Counted from the first letter of the stretch, positions 19,926 through 31,296 are shown. The stretch: DNA of 64,000 nt from Bacteroidales bacterium (GCA_030539115.1 JAUNSR010000018.1:885-64884); one strand, 5' to 3'. The notes: a model not told the origin generated them from the sequence alone. Numbers and translations are program-made.

Positions 19926-20369
19926 ATGGAGACTAAGGTTATAGGATTGGCTTCCGACCATGCCGGATTTCAAACAAAAGAGTTTATCATCGAACAATTG
20001 AAAGCAAAAGGTATTCCTTATAAAGATTTCGGTTGTTATTCTGATGTGGCCTGCGATTATGCAGATCCTGCACATGAATTGGGATATGCTGTTGAGAATG
20101 GAGAAGTTTATCCCGGAATAGCTGTTTGCGGAAGTGGGAATGGTATTAACATGACTTTGAATAAGCATCAAGGAGTACGCTCTGCACTTTCTTGGACTGA
20201 AGAAATTGCACGTCTTGCCCGTCAACATAACGATGCGAATGTACTTGTTATGCCGGGACGTTTTATAACAAATGAAGAGGCAGGAAAAATAGTTGATATT
20301 TTCCTTTCAACAGACTTTGAAGGCGGACGTCATCAAAGAAGAATTGATAAAATTCCATTGAAAAAATAA
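19926..20369 (+). CDS. rpiB: Ribose-5-phosphate isomerase B
   Basis: 147 aa with RpiB/LacAB-family motifs G.ASDHAG and GIAVCGSGNGI. Confidence 0.92.
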   Translation: METKVIGLASDHAGFQTKEFIIEQLKAKGIPYKDFGCYSDVACDYADPAHELGYAVENGEVYPGIAVCGSGNGINMTLNKHQGVRSALSWTEEIARLARQHNDANVLVMPGRFITNEEAGKIVDIFLSTDFEGGRHQRRIDKIPLKK

Positions 20370-20394
20370 ATTCCTATTAAATAGAAATAAAAAT

Positions 20395-20433
20395 ACCATT
20401 AGCAGTTTTTGAATATTGCTAATGGTTTTTTTT
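20395..20433 (+). terminator. Intrinsic terminator after rpiB
   Basis: accattagca-N12-tgctaatggt (10 bp), followed by a run of T. Confidence 0.8.
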
Positions 20434-20565
20434 ATCTTATAAATACAATACTGACAATTATAGAAACCTCCGAAATATACTATAATATATCCTCTTATTT
20501 TTTAATACAATTGGATGAAATAAATGTTATCAATCCCTATCTGACTCATTATTTTCTACTATTAT

Positions 20566-22104
20566 TTAATACAATTCAAGAGAAACGATAGAGTGTGATG
20601 GCATTTTCACAACCACCTTCTCCCCTTTTATTTTAATATCCTTGAATATCTCTTTATTTACAGAGTTTGGATTGTCAAAACTGTTATATGAATTAATAGA
20701 TTCTCCTTTTAAAATATATGAATTGAATTTTCTGAAATTCAAGTTCGGGATCTCAAAGCTTACCTCTTCAGTATTGTCCGCATTTACATTTGCAATAGTG
20801 AGAAAAAGTTTATTGTCTTCTTTTTTTGATGCCGACACGCTAATCATCGGTACTTTTTCATTATTGTCAATTTGTATGCTGTCGCATATAACCTCAGATG
20901 GGACAAACATTGCATCCATATGATTCTTATACATTTCAAAAACATGGTAAGTTGGAGTAAGCACCATTTTATCTTTGTTTGTAAGTATCATCGACTGAAG
21001 CACATTTACAATCTGAGCGATATTTGTCATTTTCACTCTTTCTCCATATTTATTGAAAATATTGAGAGTAACAGCAGCCACCATTGCATCTCTCATAGTA
21101 TTTTGCTGAAAGAGGTGACCCGGGTTAGTTTCCGGCTCTGTATCCCACCAAGTACCCCATTCATCAACCAAAAGAGCGACTCTTTTGTCTGGGTCATACT
21201 TATCCATAATAGAAATATGCCTTTTAACAACAGGCTCTATGCCCAAAGCTTTTTGCATGGTCCAATAATAATCATTCTTGTCAAAATTAGTAGCAGAGCC
21301 TTTGCTGCCATTCCAACCCTTTACGGTATAATAATGAAGCGATATACCATTCATTCTATTTCCAATGTTTTGCATCAAAACCTCAGTCCACTTAAAATCA
21401 TAATCACTGGCACCGCTTGCAATTTTAAACAATCTATTATCATCATAATTCCTGCAATAAGTAGAATAACGGCGATATAAATCAGAATAATACTCCGGTC
21501 TCATATTTCCGCCACAGCCCCAGCTTTCATTACCGACTCCAAGAAATTTTACTTTCCATGCTTTATCACGTCCATTTTTGCGTCTTAAATTAGCCATGGG
21601 TGAATCTCCATCAGAGGTCATATATTCAACCCATTTAGCCATCTCTTCAACCGAACCACTGCCTACATTGCCACTGATATAGGGCTCACAGCCAAGCATT
21701 TCACATAAATTCAGAAATTCATGAGTGCCAAAACTATTATCTTCAATCGTACCGCCCCAATTGTTGTTTACCATCTTCGGACGCTTGTTTTGAGGTCCAA
21801 TTCCATCCATCCAATGGTATTCATCTGCAAAGCATCCTCCCGGCCAACGAAGATTAGGAATGTTTAAAGCCTTTAATGCCTCAAAAACATCTTTTCTATA
21901 TCCGTTAATATTTGGTATCTCTGAATTCGGACCGACCCAAAGGCCTCCATAGATACAAGAGCCAAGATGTTCGGAGAAATGACCATAGATATGCTTGCTT
22001 ATTTGAGTGTTTGCATTCTCAGGATGCAAAATTACAGTAGCGCTTCTTTGTGAAAAACAGAAGCAGGAATTAATAATAAATAATAGCAACAGATAGTTTT
22101 TCAT
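20566..22104 (-). CDS. Alpha-L-arabinofuranosidase, GH51, secreted
   Basis: Signal peptide [21 protein letters not shown]51-like segments [26 protein letters not shown] and [12 protein letters not shown] (acid/base Glu in NE). Confidence 0.88.
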   Translation of the reverse strand: MKNYLLLLFIINSCFCFSQRSATVILHPENANTQISKHIYGHFSEHLGSCIYGGLWVGPNSEIPNINGYRKDVFEALKALNIPNLRWPGGCFADEYHWMDGIGPQNKRPKMVNNNWGGTIEDNSFGTHEFLNLCEMLGCEPYISGNVGSGSVEEMAKWVEYMTSDGDSPMANLRRKNGRDKAWKVKFLGVGNESWGCGGNMRPEYYSDLYRRYSTYCRNYDDNRLFKIASGASDYDFKWTEVLMQNIGNRMNGISLHYYTVKGWNGSKGSATNFDKNDYYWTMQKALGIEPVVKRHISIMDKYDPDKRVALLVDEWGTWWDTEPETNPGHLFQQNTMRDAMVAAVTLNIFNKYGERVKMTNIAQIVNVLQSMILTNKDKMVLTPTYHVFEMYKNHMDAMFVPSEVICDSIQIDNNEKVPMISVSASKKEDNKLFLTIANVNADNTEEVSFEIPNLNFRKFNSYILKGESINSYNSFDNPNSVNKEIFKDIKIKGEKVVVKMPSHSIVSLELY

Positions 22105-22249
22105 ATAATATCAAAAAATTAAGGTTATAAAAGAATAGATTATGGCATAAGGTGTATGTCTTAGTTTTCCAAATTTATTGTTAATTTTTAAATTTAAAGA
22201 TTTCTTTTATAGATAATTTAAAATTATGACATTTAACTGCGAATATTCC

Positions 22250-22295
22250 GAAAACAAAATGAGCTTCATTTCTCATAATTTGAAATGAAGTTCAT
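22250..22295 (-). terminator. Intrinsic terminator after guaA
   Basis: Minus-sense atgaacttcatttc-N9-gaaatgaagctcat (14 bp with one G.U), followed by tttgtttt. Confidence 0.75.
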
Positions 22296-22325
22296 TAATA
22301 TAATGTTTAAAACAAAAATGTCTTT

Positions 22326-23849
22326 TTATTCCCACTCGATAGTAGCCGGTGGCTTGGAGGAAATATCGTAAACAACGCGATTAACACCACGAACTTTGTT
22401 AATAATCTCATTTGATACCTTGGCAAGGAATTCATAAGGAAGATGAGACCAATCGGCAGTCATGCCATCTGTTGAAACAACAGCACGAAGAGCAACTGCA
22501 TTTTCATAAGTTCTTTCATCACCCATGACTCCAACAGATTGAACAGGAAGAAGGATAACACCGGCCTGCCAAACCTGATCGTAAAGGTTATTGTCTCTCA
22601 ATCCTTGAATGAAAATATGATCAGCTTCCTGAAGAATTCTAACTTTATCGGGAGTAACATCACCAAGTATTCTAACTCCAAGGCCGGGACCAGGAAAAGG
22701 ATGACGACCGATAAGTTCAGGAGAAATATTAAGCTCCTTGCCTACTCTTCTTACTTCATCCTTGAAAAGCAAACGAAGAGGTTCAACAACTTTAAGATTC
22801 ATTTTCTCAGGAAGACCTCCCACATTGTGATGAGATTTAATAACCATTCCTGTAATATTTAATGATTCGATAACATCAGGATAGATTGTTCCTTGTGCAA
22901 GCCACTTAATGCCTTTAAGCTTGCGAGCTTCCTGATCAAAAATATCGATAAACCCTTTACCTATGATTTTACGTTTTTTTTCAGGCTCAGTCACACCTTT
23001 AAGACCTTCATAGAAATGATTCTTAGCATCAATTCCAAGAACATTAAGCCCCATGTGTTCATAATTTTTAAGAACAGATTCAAACTCATTCTTTCTTAAC
23101 AACCCATTGTCAACAAAAATACAAGTTAGGTTCTTACCTATTGCTTTGTTTAAAAGAACAGCAGCGACAGTAGAGTCCACACCGCCCGAAAGAGCAAGAA
23201 TAACTTTATCATCTTTTATCTTTTCTCTCAAAGATTGTATAGTGGATGAGATATATGATGCAGGAGTCCAGTCAGAGTCACATTTACAAATATTATTTAC
23301 GAAATTTTTTAAAAGAATTGTACCGTCTTCGCTGTGATAGACTTCAGGATGAAATTGGACACCCCATGTAAGCTCATTATCAACTTTAAATGCAGCAAAT
23401 TTGACCTCTTCAGTACTTGCCACTAATTTAAAATTTTCAGGAACTACTGTTATAGAATCGCCATGTGACATCCAAACAATAGAATTAACTCTTACATTAT
23501 CGAAAAGAGCATCATTATCTTCGTGCCAATCAAGACGGGCACGCCCGTATTCCCTTGAAGCACATGCTTCAACTTTGCCACCAGAAGAATGAGCCAAGTA
23601 TTGAGCCCCATAGCATACTCCTAAAACAGGAAATTTGCCACGAATATTACTTAAATCAATTTGTAAAGCATTTGGATCATTAACCGAGAATGGACTTCCC
23701 GAAAGTATTACACCTTTAACACCGGTAGTGTCTTCAGGAAATTTGTTGTAAGGAATAATCTCACAGTAAGTATTTAACTCACGAACTCTTCGTGCAATTA
23801 ATTGTGTGTACTGTGAACCGAAATCAAGAATTAAAATTTTTTCCTGCAT
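22326..23849 (-). CDS. guaA: GMP synthase (glutamine-hydrolysing)
   Basis: 507 aa. GATase region ([20 protein letters not shown]), PP-loop SGGVDS and the C-terminus PPATIEWE. Confidence 0.97.
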   Translation of the reverse strand: MQEKILILDFGSQYTQLIARRVRELNTYCEIIPYNKFPEDTTGVKGVILSGSPFSVNDPNALQIDLSNIRGKFPVLGVCYGAQYLAHSSGGKVEACASREYGRARLDWHEDNDALFDNVRVNSIVWMSHGDSITVVPENFKLVASTEEVKFAAFKVDNELTWGVQFHPEVYHSEDGTILLKNFVNNICKCDSDWTPASYISSTIQSLREKIKDDKVILALSGGVDSTVAAVLLNKAIGKNLTCIFVDNGLLRKNEFESVLKNYEHMGLNVLGIDAKNHFYEGLKGVTEPEKKRKIIGKGFIDIFDQEARKLKGIKWLAQGTIYPDVIESLNITGMVIKSHHNVGGLPEKMNLKVVEPLRLLFKDEVRRVGKELNISPELIGRHPFPGPGLGVRILGDVTPDKVRILQEADHIFIQGLRDNNLYDQVWQAGVILLPVQSVGVMGDERTYENAVALRAVVSTDGMTADWSHLPYEFLAKVSNEIINKVRGVNRVVYDISSKPPATIEWE

Positions 23850-24319
23850 TTTGTTGCTAACTAAGTGTGTTTAATTGCGGGACAAAAGTAATGATTAGAC
23901 TTTAATATTACAAGTGAAGATTATTGATTAGATGGAAATAGATATTGAAATTTTGCATACATTAATTAAAATCATACGATATTATATTTATATCAATAAA
24001 TAATCATTAGCATACGTTATTTATGTCAATAAAATAATAAAATACACATGAAGATAAAACTTCTATTTACAACCATGTTTCTATCTATTTTTTGATAATA
24101 AAGCAATGTTTTAGAAATACCATGTGTTTATTTTATTTAAATATTAAAAAAAGTACATTTTTTAGTTACAAAATGAATAGTTAATCGTTAAATTAGAAGT
24201 GGATTTAAGGTACATCTAAAACCATTCAAAAATAAAGATCAAACAGCTTTAGACAATGGTTTTAGAAAAACAAAATCTATTAATTAATTGTTATATATAC
24301 ATCATTAAAAAAACCTATT

Positions 24320-24577
24320 ATGGACCTTTATTTCCGACTAAAAAATTTTATTACAAATTGGGACATAAATGTTGATGAAGTGTCCGATTTGTTAAAGACT
24401 CTAAAAAAAGAGAGTTTTATGACACTTTGGTGTTTAAGAAAAAAACTGAATGGCTGCTACGAACTTTACTTCGGATTCGATGGTCCTTTTATCATTAAAT
24501 CTGATGCTGAAAGGGAAGACTTGATTAAACGTATTGATGAGGATTATCTACAAAAAAACAACAATAAAAAAGACTAA
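24320..24577 (+). CDS. Hypothetical small protein (85 aa)
   Basis: Only the ATG-initiated ORF supports it, in an AT-rich gap between guaA and glnS. I recognise no family. Confidence 0.4.
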   Translation: MDLYFRLKNFITNWDINVDEVSDLLKTLKKESFMTLWCLRKKLNGCYELYFGFDGPFIIKSDAEREDLIKRIDEDYLQKNNNKKD

Positions 24578-24845
24578 AAAATCAAAGACAATCATTAAAT
24601 ATCTTTTTCTTTAAATAAAAAGTTAAATAAGAATTGAGTATCAATGGCTTTATTATATTTAAGCCTCACTATATGAAGGCACTTTGTTTTTGCATCCGAC
24701 AAACATTCTATCCTATAAAAAGGAATAAACAATTATTTACTTTTTCAACTCTAATCTGATTTTAGAAGAAATAATAGAAAAGATGTTTCAATTGCAAAAA
24801 CAGAGTGTTTTTTTAATGTTTTACTTTAAATAATTGTTCACGGAT

Positions 24846-25322
24846 ATGTTAACATTTCAATCAGATCTCAAAACAAACAATTTTTATATTATTAAGAATT
24901 GCTGTGAATTAATAGTTCCAAAACATGAAGTAAACACCTCAAACATTTTTTTTGCCTATCCTATAGACATAGACTATTCTATAAAAGAGAGAGGTGGTGA
25001 GAAAACTTTCAGAGTTTTGATGGACATCAAAATAAATTATCCCGCTAAGGACCCCGGCTACTCTATAATGGTTGAAGCTATGGGAGACTATTCTATAAAT
25101 CCTGATGCCAAGCTTAATAAAACAGAAAAAGAGAGATTGATTCACTTCACCGCTATTGAAAGAAGTATAGAGTATATTCGTGGCTTTGTTTCAAATCTTA
25201 CCTCTCAGTTTCCTCTTGGAAAATATATTTTCGACGGCATAAATATGGAAGCTCTTTATCACAGCAAATTAGAGCAAATGAAAAAAATAAAGACTTCAGA
25301 AAGTAAAATAAAAAAAGCTTAA
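24846..25322 (+). CDS. Hypothetical protein with SecB-like chaperone sequence pattern
   Basis: Trimmed to the ATG at 24846. The segment order loosely parallels E. coli SecB: beta-strand-like FRVLMDIKI and YSIMVEAMGDYSI, then a helix-like ERLIHFTAIERSIEYIRGFVSNLTSQ, then FPLGKYIFDGINMEAL. This is judged by eye only. Confidence 0.4.
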   Translation: MLTFQSDLKTNNFYIIKNCCELIVPKHEVNTSNIFFAYPIDIDYSIKERGGEKTFRVLMDIKINYPAKDPGYSIMVEAMGDYSINPDAKLNKTEKERLIHFTAIERSIEYIRGFVSNLTSQFPLGKYIFDGINMEALYHSKLEQMKKIKTSESKIKKA

Positions 25323-25728
25323 ATAGGGAAACATTAAAAAAAACATCATTGCTTTTAAATCATACATAACACTGAATTGTCAGATATTAGTAAAATGATT
25401 TAGAACAAAGATGTTTTTTTATTTTTATATAAATTGCATTCTTACTCTTAGAACACAGTCTTTCAAATCAGCCTACTTGAAAATTCAGAAGCTTCCGATG
25501 ATAATAATTAATTTATCTTGATTGTTATATTTTTTATAATGCAACAAAACCTTTTTTATATAATTCACGCCCCGACTGCCAAAAACAAAGCCTCAGACCA
25601 CATTAAAGACTAATATTTGTTGTTCATTATTTCCAAGAATTATCATTTATTCTTAAATTTGCGCAAAATAGGAGTTTTGACTCTTTATAAAGAACGTCTA
25701 AAAATAAGCTACATAATCAATCATAATT

Positions 25729-27426
25729 ATGACACAGATTGAATCGAACGAAGAGATCGAGAAAAAAAGCTTGAATTTCATTGAACAAGCAATAGAAAAC
25801 GATATTAAAGAGGGTAAAGTTATTGACAAAGTTCATACACGTTTTCCTCCTGAACCTAATGGTTATCTTCATATTGGTCATGCAAAAGCTATCTGTATGG
25901 ATTTTGGCGCAGCTGAAAAATACAATGGTTTGTGTAATCTTCGTTTTGACGATACAAACCCGGTAAAAGAAGATACTGAATATGTAGATGCTATAATGGA
26001 AGACATCCATTGGCTTGGTTTTGATTGGGGTGACAGGCTTTTTTATGCCTCTGATTATTTTGAAAAACTTTGGCAATTTGCTGAAGAAATGATTAAACGT
26101 GGAAAAGCTTATGTTGATGAACAAAGTGCTGAGGAAATTGCTAAACAAAAAGGTACTCCTACACAAGCAGGTACAAATTCCCCATTCAGAGATCGCTCTG
26201 TTGAGGAGAATCTTGATTTATTCAGAAGAATGAATAAAGGAGAATTTGATGAAGGCGCAATGGTTTTGAGAGCTAAAATTGATATGGCTTCTTCAAACAT
26301 GCATTTCCGCGACCCTATTATTTATAGAATTATCAAACATCCTCATCATCGCACAGGTAATAAGTGGAATGCTTATCCAATGTATGATTTTGCTCATGGA
26401 CAGTCTGATTTCTTTGAGGGAATTACACATTCCATTTGCACTCTTGAATTTGAAGTTCATCGTCCTCTTTATGATTATTTTGCATCTGAACTTGCTGAAG
26501 TAGAAAACTCTACTTACAAACCTCGTCAGATGGAATTCAACCGTTTAAACATGACTTATACTATGATGAGTAAAAGAAAGCTTCTTCAACTTGTCAAAGA
26601 GGGTCTTGTAAGAGATTGGGATGACCCGAGAATGCCAACTATTTGCGGACTAAGAAGACGTGGATATACTCCGGAATCTATAAAAGCTTTTATAAATCGT
26701 ATCGGTTATACCAAATATGATGGAATGATCGATGTTTCTCTTTTGGAACACAGCATTCGTGAGGATTTAAATAAGAATGCCACTCGTATCTCTGCCGTTA
26801 TTGACCCGGTTAAAGTTATCATTACAAATTATCCTGAAGGTCAGGTTGAAATGATGAACATTGAAAACAATCCTGAAAAGCCTGAAGAGGGAACTCATCA
26901 AATTCCTTTCACAAAAGAGATTTATATTGAAAGAGAAGATTTCATGGAAAATGCTTCCAAAAAATTCTTTAGAATGACAATTGACAAGGAAGTTCGTCTT
27001 AAAGGTGCTTATATTGTTAAATGTACCGGCATTAAAAAAGATGCAAATGGTGAAATTGAAGAAATCTATTGTGAATATGATCCTGATACTAAAACCGGAA
27101 TGTCTGGTTGTGCTCGCAAAGTAAAAGGTACTCTTCATTGGGTTTCCACTCAACATAGCGTTCCTGCGGAAGTTAGACTTTACAACAGATTGTTTACTGT
27201 TGAAGATCCTTCTGCTGAAACTGAAGTTGATTTTAGAACATTACTTAACCCTGACTCAGAAATCATTATCGCCAATGCTCGAATAGAACCATTTATTAAA
27301 AAGGTTGCTAAAGTAGGTGAGAAATTTCAATTTCAAAGAATTGGTTATTTCTGTGTTGATAAAGACTCAAGTGATGATAAACTTGTGTTCAATAGAACTG
27401 TTTCTTTAAAAGACTCAAAAAACTAA
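25729..27426 (+). CDS. glnS: Glutamine--tRNA ligase
   Basis: HIGH motif (PEPNGYLHIGHAK), KMSKS variant (MMSKRK) and GlnRS-type C-terminal beta-barrel domains. Confidence 0.96.
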   Translation: MTQIESNEEIEKKSLNFIEQAIENDIKEGKVIDKVHTRFPPEPNGYLHIGHAKAICMDFGAAEKYNGLCNLRFDDTNPVKEDTEYVDAIMEDIHWLGFDWGDRLFYASDYFEKLWQFAEEMIKRGKAYVDEQSAEEIAKQKGTPTQAGTNSPFRDRSVEENLDLFRRMNKGEFDEGAMVLRAKIDMASSNMHFRDPIIYRIIKHPHHRTGNKWNAYPMYDFAHGQSDFFEGITHSICTLEFEVHRPLYDYFASELAEVENSTYKPRQMEFNRLNMTYTMMSKRKLLQLVKEGLVRDWDDPRMPTICGLRRRGYTPESIKAFINRIGYTKYDGMIDVSLLEHSIREDLNKNATRISAVIDPVKVIITNYPEGQVEMMNIENNPEKPEEGTHQIPFTKEIYIEREDFMENASKKFFRMTIDKEVRLKGAYIVKCTGIKKDANGEIEEIYCEYDPDTKTGMSGCARKVKGTLHWVSTQHSVPAEVRLYNRLFTVEDPSAETEVDFRTLLNPDSEIIIANARIEPFIKKVAKVGEKFQFQRIGYFCVDKDSSDDKLVFNRTVSLKDSKN

Positions 27427-27454
27427 TTTTTAAATATTTTACTTTATAATGTAT

Positions 27455-27495
27455 GACCACAAAATCTAATAAATCTCAAGTTAGATTTTGTGGTC
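27455..27495 (+). terminator. 14-bp hairpin after glnS (no clear T-tract)
   Basis: gaccacaaaatcta-N13-tagattttgtggtc. Confidence 0.4.
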
Positions 27496-27520
27496 TTAAC
27501 ATATAAACTATCCCTATTAT

Positions 27521-28924
27521 ATGGAATATGAACAGCCTTTTGATTCTGAAATGCTGAATAAGTATGAGAATATGGTTGAATCTGGCAAAAAGGTTTACTT
27601 CGATGCCGATCAGATTGAATCAATCGCATATGGTTATGAATATAAAGACGCTATACAAGAGGCTCTTGAAGCTGTTGACTTTGGACTTTCTTTACATCCA
27701 AACAACAGCGATCTTTTACTTCTAAAATCGCGCTATCTTCTTTATCTTGATTTTATAAAAGAATCGAGAGAGATTCTTAATACTTTCCCTGAAGATTTAA
27801 ACGATGCACAGATAATTAATGTTGAATTGCTTTTTGCTGAAAACAAAGAAGAAGAAGCTTATAAATTAATAGACAGAAATCTTTCAAAAGAGAATGTTGA
27901 AGAGGAATTTTGTTGTGATCTTTTACCTGTACTTTGGGGATACTGTCCAAACAATAAAATTGAAGAAATTATTAATCGTTGCCTTACTATGTTTCCAAAC
28001 AATGAAAGGCTTCTACAGGATCTCTCCTCTTTATATTTTGAGGCTGAAAGATATGAAGAGACATTAGTTATTTTTAAGAGGATTCTTGACTTAAATCCTT
28101 TTAACTGTGAAGCATGGGAAAATACAGCAAGGATTTTTCTTATAAAAAAAGATTATGATCAAGCTATTGAAGCTTGTGATTTTGCTATTGCCATTGATTC
28201 CACTCTAACTCAAATATATTATTTGAAGGTGGAATGTCTTATGGAAAAGAAGGAATACGAATTAGCCGTTAACACTTTAAAAGAATATGAAGTCACGACA
28301 GATGATAAAGCCAGCGCTTATCTTATGCTCGGCGAATGTTATCAACAACAAGAACTCATGCAGCTAAGTAATGACTATTTTTTTAAATATCTTGAGATAA
28401 ATCCCAAAGACAGTAAAGTGTTTTTTTATATTGCATACAACTATATGGATATGGGGAACACTCCGATGGCAAGAGAAATGGCTCTTAAAGCAATTGAAAT
28501 AACACCTTCTGATCTGGAAGTCAGGTTTATTCTTTCAGAGATATATTTTATTGAAGAAAATTACATGGAAGCATACAATCAGCTAATGTATATATATAAG
28601 ATTGACCCAAATTATCCTGATTTACTTAGCAGGCTTGGTGATGTATGCATTCAAATTGACAAAATTGAGGAAGCTATCACATATTGGGAAAAGGCTGTTG
28701 AAAATGACAAAGACAACTCTGTTATCAATGCAAGACTATCTCTGGCTTATCTTCTTACAGGCAACTATGAGAAATCTCATTCCATAACTTCAAAGATAGA
28801 AATGGATGGTATTAAAGATGATGATAATATTCTTAAATATCTTAATGAGGATGGTACAATAAATCTTTCCACAAATCTCACAGACCTTGCTAAAACATTA
28901 ACTGTGCTATTTAAAAAGAAATAA
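27521..28924 (+). CDS. Tetratricopeptide-repeat protein
   Basis: 467 aa with repeated roughly 34-aa A/Y/L-patterned helical units (for example AWENTARIFLIKKDYDQAIEACDFAIAID). Confidence 0.8.
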   Translation: MEYEQPFDSEMLNKYENMVESGKKVYFDADQIESIAYGYEYKDAIQEALEAVDFGLSLHPNNSDLLLLKSRYLLYLDFIKESREILNTFPEDLNDAQIINVELLFAENKEEEAYKLIDRNLSKENVEEEFCCDLLPVLWGYCPNNKIEEIINRCLTMFPNNERLLQDLSSLYFEAERYEETLVIFKRILDLNPFNCEAWENTARIFLIKKDYDQAIEACDFAIAIDSTLTQIYYLKVECLMEKKEYELAVNTLKEYEVTTDDKASAYLMLGECYQQQELMQLSNDYFFKYLEINPKDSKVFFYIAYNYMDMGNTPMAREMALKAIEITPSDLEVRFILSEIYFIEENYMEAYNQLMYIYKIDPNYPDLLSRLGDVCIQIDKIEEAITYWEKAVENDKDNSVINARLSLAYLLTGNYEKSHSITSKIEMDGIKDDDNILKYLNEDGTINLSTNLTDLAKTLTVLFKKK

Positions 28925-28925
28925 C

Positions 28926-29840
28926 ATGAAAGAAAACAACCTTAAAAATTATGCTTTGCTTATTCTTAAAGGAATGGGAATGGGGGCAGCTGATGTAGTT
29001 CCCGGAGTTTCCGGAGGAACAATTGCTTTTATTGTTGGTATTTATGAAGAATTGATAAATTCTATTAAGAGCATAAATCTTTCTTCATTAAAACTATTGT
29101 TTCGTTTTAAGATAAAAGATTTTTGGAAAACAATAAACGGGAATTTTCTTCTTTCGGTAGTAACAGGAATACTTATAAGCATTTTTTCATTAGCTAAAGT
29201 AATAACATATCTTTTGGAGAATGAACCGGTGCTGATATGGTCTTTTTTCTTCGGACTTGTTCTCGCCTCAACATGGTCTGTGAGTAAAAGAATAAAGAAG
29301 TTTTCTTTTTCAAGATGGTTAATGTTTGCATTAGGAGCAATAATTGCTTATATTATTACAATGGCAACCCCTACTCAGACGCCTGAAGGGCTTTGGTTTA
29401 TATTCGTTTGCGGAGCAATTGCTATTTGCGCAATGATATTGCCGGGAATTTCCGGAAGTTTTATTTTGGTCCTTCTTGGGAAATACTTCTATATAATGGA
29501 AGCTGTAAAAACTTTTAAAATTTCCGTAATGGCTACTTTTGCAATTGGCGCAGCAATTGGAATTACAAGTTTCTCTAATGTTCTTTCATGGCTATTAAAA
29601 AAATACCATGACTTAACAATTGCAACATTAGCAGGCTTTATGTTAGGGTCTTTAAACAAAGTTTGGCCTTGGAAAAAGACAATAGAAACTTTTACCGATT
29701 CACATGGTGTTATTAAGCCTTTAATTGAAGAAAACATTCTTCCCAACCAGTCAATTGGCATGGCCATTCTCTTGGCTGTATTCGGATTTATTCTTGTTAT
29801 CGCCTTAGAATATATATCTGAAAAGATGGACAATAAATAA
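28926..29840 (+). CDS. DUF368 family membrane protein (polyprenyl-phosphate translocase family)
   Basis: The duplicated motif G.GMG.AD.VPGVSGGT / PGISGSF is characteristic of DUF368. Multiple transmembrane segments. The start lies 1 nt after the TPR gene stop. Confidence 0.85.
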   Translation: MKENNLKNYALLILKGMGMGAADVVPGVSGGTIAFIVGIYEELINSIKSINLSSLKLLFRFKIKDFWKTINGNFLLSVVTGILISIFSLAKVITYLLENEPVLIWSFFFGLVLASTWSVSKRIKKFSFSRWLMFALGAIIAYIITMATPTQTPEGLWFIFVCGAIAICAMILPGISGSFILVLLGKYFYIMEAVKTFKISVMATFAIGAAIGITSFSNVLSWLLKKYHDLTIATLAGFMLGSLNKVWPWKKTIETFTDSHGVIKPLIEENILPNQSIGMAILLAVFGFILVIALEYISEKMDNK

Positions 29841-29900
29841 ATTTTCTTTATTAAGCAGCATTTATTTTACTGCTTATACATTATAAATTAAAACCATCTG

Positions 29901-29942
29901 GAAAGTTCCTATCGGCACTTAGCCAATAGGAACTTTCTTTTT
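29901..29942 (+). terminator. Intrinsic terminator after the DUF368 gene
   Basis: gaaagttcctat...ataggaactttc (12 bp plus inner ggc/gcc), followed by ttttt. Confidence 0.8.
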
Positions 29943-30120
29943 ATTAAACATCCTCATTTCATCTTTGCTCAGCCTTCTTAAACTGTTTTTCAATGAAATT
30001 TTATATATTAATCTCTTTATTTTAATTTTGGTGTTTTAATCATAGTTTTTAACTTTGAACAGTTTAAAACAAATTGCAAGTAAATTTTTATTTGTTTAAT
30101 TCTATTGTTTTTTATTTGTT

Positions 30121-30296
30121 GCAAAGATGACGCAAGCCGAATTCAATAAACATTTAAAAAGTTTCACTTTTTAAAATGTAATTGATGAGGCGCAGCTTAT
30201 CTTATGTAAAGATGACGTAAGCCGAAATTAATAACCTTTTATAAGTAAAACTTTTATAAATGTTATTTATAAGGTGCAGCTTATCTTATAAAAAAT
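30121..30296 (-). repeat. Second locus of the 84-bp cassette family, inverted: units 30129-30213 and 30214-30296 plus a truncated head 30121-30128
   Basis: The reverse complement of 30129-30213 is atctttacataagataagctgcgcctcatcaattacattttaaaaagtgaaactttttaaatgtttattgaattcggcttgcgtc. It is colinear with unit 9247-9330. Confidence 0.85.
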
Positions 30297-30359
30297 ATCA
30301 AAAAGTGCTGTGATATTAATTTCTTTTCCTTAGTAAATCATAATAGTAGTTTAGTGGCA

Positions 30360-31145
30360 ATGAAGACAAAATTCTTAATTATTATTTTATTATTTTCTTT
30401 CAATTGTGTGCGCTCACAGAAATGGCAATTGGTCTGGAGCGAAGAATTTAATTATACAGGACTCCCCGACTCCTCTATTTGGAATTACGAATATGGGCAA
30501 TCAATTCGCAACAGAGAGAGTCAGTTTTATACAAGATCAAGAAAAGAAAATTCTTTTGTAGAAGATGGGACTTTAAAAATAACAGCAATAAAAGAAAGTT
30601 TTGACGGCAAAAAAAATAATTATACTTCAGCCGCTTTAATTACAAGAAATAAAGCGGAATTCCAATATGGCAAAATCGAAGTTTGCGCCAGGCTGCCAAA
30701 AGGAGTTGGTATCTGGCCGGCAATTTGGATGCTTCCATCCCATAAAGAGTATGGCGGATGGCCAAATTGCGGGGAGATAGATATAATGGAATTCGTAGGC
30801 TTTTCTCCGGATACTATTCATACAACAGTTCACACCGGAAAATTTAATCACACCATAGGCACCCAAAAAGGACATGCTCAAAGGTTAACCAACTTGAACG
30901 ACAAATTTCACATTTATTCTATAGAATGGTTTCCAAACAAAATTGATTTTCTTCTTGACGACAACAAAGTCTTCACGTTCAACAAAGAGGGTGATACTCC
31001 CGAGTATTGGCCCTTTGACAAACCATTCTATTTAATAATGAACATTGCAATAGGTGGTGGTTGGGGCGGAATGAAAGGTATTGATGATTCGATATTTCCT
31101 CAGACAATGGAAATTGATTATATAAGAGTGTATAAAGAAAAATAA
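30360..31145 (+). CDS. GH16 beta-glucanase (laminarinase-like), secreted
   Basis: Start taken at the ATG at 30360; the track starts at a GTG at 30354. Signal peptide MKTKFLIIILLFSFNCVRSQ. GH16 catalytic motif GEIDIMEF (ExDxxE) and WPAIWML. Confidence 0.9.
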   Translation: MKTKFLIIILLFSFNCVRSQKWQLVWSEEFNYTGLPDSSIWNYEYGQSIRNRESQFYTRSRKENSFVEDGTLKITAIKESFDGKKNNYTSAALITRNKAEFQYGKIEVCARLPKGVGIWPAIWMLPSHKEYGGWPNCGEIDIMEFVGFSPDTIHTTVHTGKFNHTIGTQKGHAQRLTNLNDKFHIYSIEWFPNKIDFLLDDNKVFTFNKEGDTPEYWPFDKPFYLIMNIAIGGGWGGMKGIDDSIFPQTMEIDYIRVYKEK

Positions 31146-31296
31146 TATTAAAATTATTACAACAATATTTTGATTAATATTGCCAATCACAATAACTTTC
31201 CAATCAATATCATTTTAAGCATTGTTTTTCTTTATCAATCAATACAAGATAAACTTCAAGAAATGATGCGGATTTTTTAAGACAATAAATAATACA

